A stretch of 64,000 nucleotides of DNA from an uncultured bacterium (lineage in GTDB: Bacteria; Patescibacteriota; JACMRA01). Shown in pieces: positions 56,059-64,000 of the stretch. Position numbers and translations under genes: made by a program. The notes below the pieces were generated by a model. The model was not told where the DNA came from. It was given only the letters and a program-made list of their open reading frames with translations, and ran no database searches. Location: the NCBI GenBank assembly GCA_963704645.1, contig OY969926.1, forward strand, positions 544,001-608,000, read 5' to 3'. How positions within the stretch are numbered: position 1 is the first letter of the stretch; the number at the start of each line of letters is the position of its first letter.

Positions 56059-57540
56059 ATGCCTAAAATTCCTTTCCGTACAAAACTATTAATTTGGCTT
56101 GGTGGTAAATTGCTAGAAAAAATTCGCAAAACTTATTATAAGAAATATAACAAAAAATGGCCTATTGTTTTAATTGCTGGAACTGCTGGTAAAAGTTCTA
56201 CTACATTGCTAATTCAAAACCTATTTACCAAGGCTGGCTGGCAAGTTTTCGGAAGTGCTACTAAAACTACCTGCCTCAATTCTTTAACTGGTTTAATTAT
56301 GGTTCTTGGAAGGTTTTTCTTCCAGTTTGAAGGCGGAATGGGTGGTTGGCGCAAGTTTGAATTTTTGGTAGAGGCAGCTTGGACTAGTTTTTTTGGCAAT
56401 TATTCAGATTTACAAGAAAACTCGGTTTTGGTTTTTGAGGTTGGTTTTAACGAACAACACGAAGCCAATTTCTTTACTAAAATTTTTGAAGATAAGGCCA
56501 GTTTTTTGGTTGTTACAAATTTAACTTTAGAACATTCCTTTGGTTTTTCAAACCGTTTAGACACGGCTACACTTTCTAAATTAGAAAACAATTTACCGCC
56601 AGAATTAGTTCAGCTTTTGTTAGACAGTGAAAAAAATAATGCCAGATTAGCCAACACTGCTCTAGAGCAACTGAAGTTAATTAACTGTGCTAAAAACATT
56701 ATGGTTCCAACAACTTTAGGCAGCATTACCAACTCTTGGTTTACTAAAATAGCTGGTAAAAATGAATGGGAAATGCAAAACTTTATTGCTACCAGAAATG
56801 AAAATAGGTTGGAAGTTAACGGCCAATATTTGTTTCCAGCTGAATATTTATTGCCTTTAACTTTTGCTAAAACGGTTGGAATTATTGAAGAAATTAAGCA
56901 ACAATTTAATTTGGAAGTTAATTTACAGGAAGTGCTAGATAGTTTTTCTTTCCCCAACGGAAGATTTAGTTTGCTAGCAGGAATTAACGACACAGTTTTG
57001 GTAGACAGCACTTACAATTCAGATCCGGCAAGTTTAGTAGGTTATTTAGATTTGTTTGAAGAAATTGTTAGTCTGCAAAAAACTACAACTCAACAACATT
57101 TAGTTTTACCAAAGCACAATTTAATTTTAGGCGAAATGAGGGAGATGGGAAAAATTGCTACAACTCAGCACAATTTAATTTTAGATAAAGTTTTAGAAAT
57201 TGGAGCTAAATTTCCAGATAGAATTGAATCTATTCGGCTCATTGGAAAAGAATGGCTGGCTTGCAACCAAGACGATATTGTAAAAGTGGATGGAGACGTT
57301 AGTTTTATTTCTTATTCCAAACATTTATTTAAAGTTTATAATTCAGCAGGTTCAATAATTAAATCTTTACCAGAAGTTACTATTTCACAAGGAAATTGGT
57401 ATTGGCTAAAAGGCAGCCAAAACACTATATTTTTAGAAGGCGTAGTAGAATATTTACTAGAGAATAAGGATGAGGTGGAAACAAAACTGTGCAGACGAGG
57501 CGCAGAGTGGGATCAGATTAGGGCGAAGTGGCTGGTGTAG
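56059..57540 (+). CDS. murF: Mur ligase, MurF-like
   Basis: IAGTAGKSST, DSTYNSDP, LGEMREMG and LKGSQN. Confidence 0.78.
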   Translation: MPKIPFRTKLLIWLGGKLLEKIRKTYYKKYNKKWPIVLIAGTAGKSSTTLLIQNLFTKAGWQVFGSATKTTCLNSLTGLIMVLGRFFFQFEGGMGGWRKFEFLVEAAWTSFFGNYSDLQENSVLVFEVGFNEQHEANFFTKIFEDKASFLVVTNLTLEHSFGFSNRLDTATLSKLENNLPPELVQLLLDSEKNNARLANTALEQLKLINCAKNIMVPTTLGSITNSWFTKIAGKNEWEMQNFIATRNENRLEVNGQYLFPAEYLLPLTFAKTVGIIEEIKQQFNLEVNLQEVLDSFSFPNGRFSLLAGINDTVLVDSTYNSDPASLVGYLDLFEEIVSLQKTTTQQHLVLPKHNLILGEMREMGKIATTQHNLILDKVLEIGAKFPDRIESIRLIGKEWLACNQDDIVKVDGDVSFISYSKHLFKVYNSAGSIIKSLPEVTISQGNWYWLKGSQNTIFLEGVVEYLLENKDEVETKLCRRGAEWDQIRAKWLV

Positions 57541-57587
57541 TGGGAGATAATTTTATCAGCTTTGAAATTAGAATTAGCACAAAATAA

Positions 57588-57608
57588 AACAGGCTTGCTG
57601 GGCCTGTT
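57588..57608. terminator. hairpin between convergent genes
   Basis: AACAGGC-TTGCTGG-GCCTGTT. Confidence 0.65.
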
Positions 57609-57617
57609 CGGTTTAGG

Positions 57618-58235
57618 TTAACGATTAATGTTAACCGTGTTTAAGTCTACAATGTCTCCAACTCCTTCCAGCTTGAAAATTGAGTTTTCATCAAGAGGAT
57701 TTATCCAACCGTTGTACCATTCTTCAGCATTGCCTAATACAAGCTCACTGATGCCGTTTGATCTACAGATATCGACTAGCTGCTGGTCGTAATCTTCTTG
57801 CATCATATGCAGTTGTGAATCATCAGCTTGTACAAAAAGTTTCAAACCAGCAATGAAATGTTCAATTCCATTCAATTCTTCAACATTACTGGGTGAATCA
57901 GTTTGTTGCTGATTACACTCTGTGTGCTGTTCAAAGTTTTGAAGAATCTGATCTTTAACAGGAGAAAGAGTTCTCAGATAAGCATTTTTATAGGCCTCGG
58001 GGTCTACATCTTGAAACCAAGTATTAGCATCGGCGACATAAACTTTTGATCCGTCTTTAACTAAAAAGCTGAAATCAGTTGATTTAGGAAGTATTTCTCC
58101 TTTAAGATTCCAGAAAGGGATTCCTGTTTTATCTCGAAATATAATAAGGAGCTGAAACAGATCATTATCAAATTTGGTTTCAATTACTCTCCACGCTGTG
58201 TTTAGACTGTTAATATAGTCAACTAAACTTGTCAC
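57618..58235 (-). CDS. hypothetical protein
   Basis: 205 aa ORF with GTG start. Confidence 0.6.
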   Translation of the reverse strand: MTSLVDYINSLNTAWRVIETKFDNDLFQLLIIFRDKTGIPFWNLKGEILPKSTDFSFLVKDGSKVYVADANTWFQDVDPEAYKNAYLRTLSPVKDQILQNFEQHTECNQQQTDSPSNVEELNGIEHFIAGLKLFVQADDSQLHMMQEDYDQQLVDICRSNGISELVLGNAEEWYNGWINPLDENSIFKLEGVGDIVDLNTVNINR

Positions 58236-58660
58236 AGTTTTTACTCCACAATAGTTTTTACTTCAAGCTTTTAAGTATTTTCATAAATAATTTGCATAGT
58301 CAACCAATCTTAAAACTAGTATTTAGATAGATTCTAGCCGTTAAATTTTTGTTTTTTAAGTTAAACCCCGAAACAAGTTCAAGGTAGCGGGTTTAGAGAA
58401 ATAAATGTACCAACTAATAGAGATAATTTATTGGGTTTTGAACATATTTATCCTTATTAAAGCTATCTTAAACTTATCCCTTGACAAAAAAATGTTTTTG
58501 TAATTACTAGTTTGTCAAGCTGTGGATTTGTGCTAAGGCAGTGCTGTAAAAAACAATAACTTCATCATCTTATGGCATCTTTAGTTCTATCTAATTAATA
58601 TTTTATTAATCTCATAATTTTTTAATTTATCAGCTTCAATCTTTTATTGTCGCAAACATC

Positions 58661-58682
58661 AGGGTGGCTTCGGCCACTCTTT
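58661..58682 (+). terminator. hairpin upstream of the TPR gene
   Basis: AGGGTGGC-TTCG-GCCACTCT TT. Confidence 0.6.
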
Positions 58683-58727
58683 GACATGGGCAATTTTCTG
58701 TGCTATTTAAGCTGAAATTATATTTTT

Positions 58728-60182
58728 GTGACAATTAATCCTACCAACAAACAATACGGTTCTGTGCCAAGTAAAATTAGACCTAGCTTAAGGTTAGATA
58801 GCACTATTGACCCTAGGCAAATTTCCAAATATCTAGATTTGTTAAAGCCTATTAAACTTCAATCTGATAAGGAAAAACAGATTATTAATTGGTATTATTC
58901 TGAAGAAATTCAATTACCCTTAAAAGAAGCTTTGATGGTAATTGTAGGTAAGTTACAATTGTTTTTAGACTCTGCTGAAACCAAGCTTAAAAAGTCTGTT
59001 GAATTGGGTGATACTGTTTTGGCAGACTGTATTAAGCAGCTGCACATCACGGTTAATAATCATAATTTTGAAGATATAGACAAAGTAAGAGATAGAATTT
59101 TGAAAAGGTTAAAAGATGATGATTACAAAAGTGAAATATATAATTTTACTGGCGAAATTTACCGTAACATTGGTATTTTAAGTAAAAGTATTTCCAACTT
59201 TAAAAAATCTTTGGAATACAACCCAGCTAACTTTAACGCCGTTCTAAATTTGGGCAGACTTTATATAAGCACAGAAGATTATCAGCTAGTTGAAGATTTA
59301 ATTATTGATGCTGTTAAGTTGTTTAAAAAGAAAACTCCAGAATATTTGCCCGAATTATTAAATTTGTTGAGCCAGTCAAAAATATATTCATCTAAATATT
59401 TAGAGGCCAAGCAAATTTTGTTACAAGCTAAAAGTTTTCCTACTAACAACCCAGATTTAAAAAAGTTAATTGATATAAATTTAATTTTGGTTTTAGTGCT
59501 AAATTTTGAATTAACAGAAGCTTGGGAAATGATTGAACATGTTGGATTATCTATTTCCGGCAGTTTCAACCCTCATCATCCCGAGCCTTTGCAATTCAGC
59601 CAAATTCCCTTTTTGTATAACACAATTGCTATATATTACGCTGTAGATAATCAGTTTCAAAAGTCTAAAGCTTTCGCCGAAAAATCTTTTCAAATAGATG
59701 AAATGCTGGGTAACACTAAATACAATTTGCCGTATCATTTTCTAGTAATAAATAACAATTTGGCCTATTTAAGTATTTATCTAGGTGATTCCGAGGGCTT
59801 TAATAAATATAATCAATTAGTCCGAGAGCTTTCCATAGACTTCTTCGGCTCAAATTCTTTTGCTTTTGCTAAAAGTTATGCTAATTTGGGTTTAATGTAT
59901 TTAATTCAAGGTAAAAAAGATGAAGCTTTTCAGCAATTTTTTAGGTCGTTCCAGCTATTGTCACAAACCAGTCAGCGTAGCCAGTTAATAAGATCTGCTA
60001 TTTATTGCGACATTGGAAATATTTATTGTTGGCAGAAAAACTATGATCAGGCTAAAATTTTCTATTCTAAGGCTAAATTAATTGTTCAAGAATATTTTGG
60101 AAAAAACAGTTTGAACTTGCAAAGAATTAATGCAAAAATTAAGACTTTAGAAAGTGGTGTAAATATTATTTTACCTTTCTAA
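58728..60182 (+). CDS. tetratricopeptide repeat protein
   Basis: Repeats such as YNFTGEIY..FKKSLEYNP, YANLGLMY and YCDIGNIY. Confidence 0.82.
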   Translation: MTINPTNKQYGSVPSKIRPSLRLDSTIDPRQISKYLDLLKPIKLQSDKEKQIINWYYSEEIQLPLKEALMVIVGKLQLFLDSAETKLKKSVELGDTVLADCIKQLHITVNNHNFEDIDKVRDRILKRLKDDDYKSEIYNFTGEIYRNIGILSKSISNFKKSLEYNPANFNAVLNLGRLYISTEDYQLVEDLIIDAVKLFKKKTPEYLPELLNLLSQSKIYSSKYLEAKQILLQAKSFPTNNPDLKKLIDINLILVLVLNFELTEAWEMIEHVGLSISGSFNPHHPEPLQFSQIPFLYNTIAIYYAVDNQFQKSKAFAEKSFQIDEMLGNTKYNLPYHFLVINNNLAYLSIYLGDSEGFNKYNQLVRELSIDFFGSNSFAFAKSYANLGLMYLIQGKKDEAFQQFFRSFQLLSQTSQRSQLIRSAIYCDIGNIYCWQKNYDQAKIFYSKAKLIVQEYFGKNSLNLQRINAKIKTLESGVNIILPF

Positions 60183-60190
60183 GTTTTGTT

Positions 60191-61405
60191 ATGCGTTTAG
60201 TTTTTTTTGGTTCGTCCAGTTTTGTAATTCCAATTTTGGAAGATATTAAGAACGGTGAGGGTGCTAGCTTATTACAAGTTTTAACTTCTAGGAGAGAAGA
60301 GTTAGGCAAAATTGACCCTTCATATTCAGATATAGTAAAGCAAGTTGAGTCTCTGGCGAATGAAGAAAATCTAGAATTAAGCGATATTAAAGACAAGCTA
60401 AATTCGCCTATAGAATTATTGGGTGTTGTTACCCAAGCAAACACAGAACATAGAGGAAAAATTCAGAAATCCGGTACTGCAATATGGAGTGAGAATAATA
60501 ATGTAAAGTTATTTCAACCTGAAAAATTAAATAAGCAATTTGAAGAATGGCAGACTTTTGTGGAAGAAGGTTTTGATGTTTCTGTTGTGGCTTCTTTTGG
60601 CCAAATAATCAGTCAAAAAGTTTTAGATACAGGGCAGTGGATAAACTGGCACCCTTCCAAGCTACCAGAATACAGAGGTCCTTGCCCCATGCAGCAATGC
60701 CTGGCAGATGGCAGGGTCGAAACAGCCTTAAGTTGGATTAAAATGACGAAAGGTATGGACGCTGGAGAAATTTATGTGCAAGTTCCTGTAAAAACAAATG
60801 GTTCAGATTTTAACCAATTAGCTGAAAGAATGGGTGATTTAGGTAAATTAACTTGGCCTTTGGCTGTTCTTGCTAGTATAATTAATAATACTGAAAATCA
60901 AAGTTCAAATTCAATTTTAAATAGTTTAAAAGCTTTGCTTCAACCAAAAATTCAAAACGAAGACGAAGTTACTTTTACTAAAATGTTAACCAAAGAAGAT
61001 GGAGTAGTTATTCCCAATTCGCAATCGGCCGAGCAAATTTACAACCATTATTTGGCCTATATCCAATATCCAAAAACATATTATTTTAGTAGTTATTTTA
61101 ATGAAATGGTTAGACTGGATGAAGTTGAAGGTTGGGTTCATGGTGGAACTGAAACTAGCCCGACTACCCCGATGGCTTTGCCATCACCCCTAGATAGGGG
61201 TACTCTTAGCCTAGAACTAGAGGTAGTTAATAGTCTTTCTTCAAACTCTACTTCGCAATCCCATCCTCAAAGTTCTGAGTTTCGCAAGATAGATAATAAA
61301 ACTAATTATTTGCTTTTACAATGTGCCAAGCAAACTTTTTTAAAAGTAATTTCCGTAACTTTAAGTAGTGGTAAAAAGGTGTTTTTAAAAGGTTTGGAAT
61401 TATAG
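60191..61405 (+). CDS. fmt: methionyl-tRNA formyltransferase with insertions
   Basis: MRLVFFGS, VVASFGQII, INWHPSKLPEYRGPCP and MDAGEI. Confidence 0.9.
   Translation: MRLVFFGSSSFVIPILEDIKNGEGASLLQVLTSRREELGKIDPSYSDIVKQVESLANEENLELSDIKDKLNSPIELLGVVTQANTEHRGKIQKSGTAIWSENNNVKLFQPEKLNKQFEEWQTFVEEGFDVSVVASFGQIISQKVLDTGQWINWHPSKLPEYRGPCPMQQCLADGRVETALSWIKMTKGMDAGEIYVQVPVKTNGSDFNQLAERMGDLGKLTWPLAVLASIINNTENQSSNSILNSLKALLQPKIQNEDEVTFTKMLTKEDGVVIPNSQSAEQIYNHYLAYIQYPKTYYFSSYFNEMVRLDEVEGWVHGGTETSPTTPMALPSPLDRGTLSLELEVVNSLSSNSTSQSHPQSSEFRKIDNKTNYLLLQCAKQTFLKVISVTLSSGKKVFLKGLEL
61163..61204 (+). repeat. 42-bp coding double-hairpin element, copy 3
   Basis: ACTACCCC GATGGC TTT GCCATC A CCCCT AGAT AGGGG TACT = TTPMALPSPLDRGT. 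Confidence 0.9.
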
Positions 61406-61434
61406 TTGCAAAGAACGGTACACTGTGCTAGAAT
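61406..61434 (+). promoter_or_regulatory. sigma70 promoter
   Basis: TTGCAA-17-TAGAAT with TG extension. Confidence 0.65.
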
Positions 61435-61450
61435 TGTACTTATTACATAT

Positions 61451-64000
61451 ATGCTTAGCGATTTATACCTTAAGGCCGTCCAAGTTAGCAGTTCTAGCGA
61501 AAATACCCCTGAATTGGCTAATTATTGGCAGTCTAGATACACTAACTTGCTAGAAAAAGATTTATTTAGGGTTAGTTCTAAAACTATAGATCTGGTAAAA
61601 CTAGACGAATTAACAAGACCTGCCACCACATTTGGAGAGCTTGTTTTGGTTAATCATTTAGATAAGAATGGCCAATTAGACGAAGCAGCTTTGCAAACTA
61701 GTATTGAAACTGCAGTGCGTTTTCTAGATGGTTTTTTGGATACATTAAATTTTAATAGTCAGGCCAAAGCCACGGTTGCCACTTACAGAAAAATTGGTCT
61801 TGGAATTGCCGATTTTAAAGAATATTTAAGCAAAAGAAGTAACTCTTCCGAGCTAGATGAAACAGACTATTTAGGAAATTTAATTAGTTCTGCAACTTAC
61901 AGAGCAAGTGAAAGTTTAGCCGAGGAAAAAGGTGTTTGTCATGGTTGGGATAAGGTTAGAAAACATTTACGTCCAAAATCTTTTGAATATTGGTATGACA
62001 TCGAAACCGGAGATGTTAAAAATGGTTTGGAAATGAGTGAAGATTTTTCTGAAGATACAATAATGGCCAGTAGGTACGAAATTGTTCCAAGAAGAAATGT
62101 TAGTTTGTTATTATTTCCACCAGATTTAGAATGGCAAATTTGGAGTGACCGTGATGATACAGCTGCTAAAACTGAAATGGTAAATGTGCCTGAAATTATT
62201 GATAACAAAAATAATCAAAACAGTAATTTGGTTCAGAAAAGTGATTTGAATCAAAACTTAATTCAAAATGAAATTGTTGAGGAAGTAGTTGTTCAACCTG
62301 ACTTAAATTCTGAGGATATCTCTACTTCTACTTCACAAGAAACTGATGAGCTAGAAACACAAGTTGAAATTATTAAGGAAGATCCAATTGCTTCAAACAT
62401 TAGTACAATAGATACTGAACTGTTGCAATTTGGTAACGAACCAGCACACTTTGAAGAGCCAAACCCAGCTTTAACTGAAATGAAAATTCAAGAACGCTTA
62501 GACGCAGTGGAAGATGCTAAGGTTGTAGAATTGCCTGCTTCTTCAGAAAACTTCTTAAAACCAAGTCTAAGTAACTCAGATAGTTCGCCTTTAAATAATG
62601 AACCTCAAACATTGAAAGATGTAAGTGAAGTTAGTGAAATTAAGGAAGATGATGAATCTTTAAAGTTGTTGACAGATGAAGTTGAACCTTTAATTAAGTC
62701 AGATACTAAGCCATTGCTAAACAATACTGCTAAACTAATGTTGGAAGACGAGCCAGAATTATTATTGGAATCTGATTCGAAGTTATTGCTTGAAGATGAA
62801 AAAGAATTATTATTGCAAGATAATGTTGAACCTTTGCTAACCAACACTCCCGGTATTCTTTTAGACGAAAGCAATGATTTAGATGAAAATAAGGAAAATG
62901 TTGAAGAAGAATTAGAAGTTGATAAATTAACAAATATAAGTTATATAGCTCCTGTAAACTTAGATCATTTAAGTAATTTGGATAATCAGGTTGATAGCGA
63001 AGTTGAAGAAGAGTATTCCAAAGAATCTTTTTCTTTTCAAATTGGCGAGTTAGTTCAACTTCCTAAAGAGAAAAATAAAATATACCAAGTTTTAGATGCA
63101 AAAAATGAGGCAGGAATAAACAAGTATCAATTAACCAATGGAAGTGCGGATGCCGTAGATGTTTATATTGCTGAAGATGAAATTGAGCCAGTAGAACTAT
63201 TCGATATTTTAGACCGAATTAATTTGGCTAGTAGTTTAGAAACAAAGTTGAGCGAACAAGATTTATTACTAAACCAATCTTCATCTTTAAACAAAGGCTG
63301 GGAGGTATGGGCATCGGCTTTAATATTAAACAATGGCAAGGCAGCTGTTTCTAAAGACTCGCAAAATTTTCCTTCAGTTCAGGTTGAAACCGATCAACTT
63401 CCAGAAAAGAAATTAATTGCTTATTTGGAAGATCAATATCAATTACACGGACGTATTATTGAGGAGGTAGGCAGCTCTACAACCCAACTTGATGGTGTTT
63501 CTAGACTACATTTAACATATCAAGTACAAGTAAAAGAGAGTGTTTTACCCGCTAGTTTGGTAGAAGTTCAAATTGCAAGTCTGCAAGAGTCTGAAAGTTC
63601 AGCGAGAACAATTTTAAACAAATATAATAGAAGGCAATTATATTGGCAGAATCAAATAGATAAAGCCAAGAAAAGCGCCCAAGTTATTCCAAACGTTGTA
63701 AATTCTAAAGCTGATAACACTAGTAATTTAAGCGCTTCTAACATAAACCCAACTATATCAGTTGAACCAACACCATCAAACATTCATTTTAACACCCCAA
63801 CAATTCAAATTAACCCTAACAATATGGCTAAATATTCCCTTAAACTAGAACAATTAGTACAAACCCAAGCTTTTGGCGATGTAACAGTAACAATTCAATA
63901 TGATCCTGAAGGTCCTAAAGTAGTTATGGCTACAGGACAAGCAGTTGTAGGTGAATTAAAACACCTACTAGACACTGTTTTAGGTTTAGTAAACTTCACT
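61451..64000 (+). CDS. degenerate ribonucleotide-reductase-derived multidomain protein (3' partial, not in track)
   Basis: 850 stop-free codons by manual translation; AVRFLD, RKIGLG, YRASESLAEEKG and RRN. Confidence 0.8.
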   Translation, partial: MLSDLYLKAVQVSSSSENTPELANYWQSRYTNLLEKDLFRVSSKTIDLVKLDELTRPATTFGELVLVNHLDKNGQLDEAALQTSIETAVRFLDGFLDTLNFNSQAKATVATYRKIGLGIADFKEYLSKRSNSSELDETDYLGNLISSATYRASESLAEEKGVCHGWDKVRKHLRPKSFEYWYDIETGDVKNGLEMSEDFSEDTIMASRYEIVPRRNVSLLLFPPDLEWQIWSDRDDTAAKTEMVNVPEIIDNKNNQNSNLVQKSDLNQNLIQNEIVEEVVVQPDLNSEDISTSTSQETDELETQVEIIKEDPIASNISTIDTELLQFGNEPAHFEEPNPALTEMKIQERLDAVEDAKVVELPASSENFLKPSLSNSDSSPLNNEPQTLKDVSEVSEIKEDDESLKLLTDEVEPLIKSDTKPLLNNTAKLMLEDEPELLLESDSKLLLEDEKELLLQDNVEPLLTNTPGILLDESNDLDENKENVEEELEVDKLTNISYIAPVNLDHLSNLDNQVDSEVEEEYSKESFSFQIGELVQLPKEKNKIYQVLDAKNEAGINKYQLTNGSADAVDVYIAEDEIEPVELFDILDRINLASSLETKLSEQDLLLNQSSSLNKGWEVWASALILNNGKAAVSKDSQNFPSVQVETDQLPEKKLIAYLEDQYQLHGRIIEEVGSSTTQLDGVSRLHLTYQVQVKESVLPASLVEVQIASLQESESSARTILNKYNRRQLYWQNQIDKAKKSAQVIPNVVNSKADNTSNLSASNINPTISVEPTPSNIHFNTPTIQINPNNMAKYSLKLEQLVQTQAFGDVTVTIQYDPEGPKVVMATGQAVVGELKHLLDTVLGLVNFT

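Noticed and set aside
58500-60182. RRNPP quorum-sensing receptor with peptide gene
   Set aside because: No adjacent small ORF with a signal peptide and no N-terminal HTH were evident.
282-62933. Many short ORFs in the track overlapping longer genes (for example 3415..3732, 8485..8793, 34035..34412, 56610..57011, 61939..62933)
   Set aside because: They are antisense or alternative-frame shadows of well-supported genes and have no recognisable motifs.
1-64000. CRISPR array, tRNA/rRNA genes, or UGA recoding (code 25)
   Set aside because: No regularly spaced repeats or RNA-gene signatures were seen, and conserved genes are full-length under code 11.

Overview
AT-rich bacterial chromosome segment read with the standard code 11. 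Divergent housekeeping proteins, no Shine-Dalgarno motifs before starts, and the MurF, FtsX and sortase types suggest a Patescibacteria/CPR-like organism (inference). Housekeeping genes: ftsX, rnc, recX, eno, tsaD, a MurF-like ligase, fmt and a photolyase. Other loci: a stand-alone AlaRS fragment; a CsoR-like/fasciclin/dipZ locus; a partial V-type ATPase operon (D, G?, I, K) with a beta-carbonic-anhydrase-like gene inside; a carotenoid cluster (crtB, crtI, crtYc/Yd, crtR-like); and three tandem secreted beta-propeller paralogues. An accessory island at about 34-46.8 kb holds a DUF1399-like gene, GNAT-ASCH-ASCH, an OLD-like ATPase-TOPRIM, an HTH-methyltransferase, a transposase-derived HTH and a polymorphic-toxin-like gene with immunity-like genes; three of its transcription units share an undescribed upstream DNA motif. 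An ORF missing from the track (61451 to the window end) encodes an apparently inactive ribonucleotide-reductase-derived protein. A 42-bp double-hairpin element with compensatory changes sits in-frame twice in tsaD and once in fmt. There is also a 6S-like RNA candidate. No rRNA, tRNA or CRISPR array was seen.
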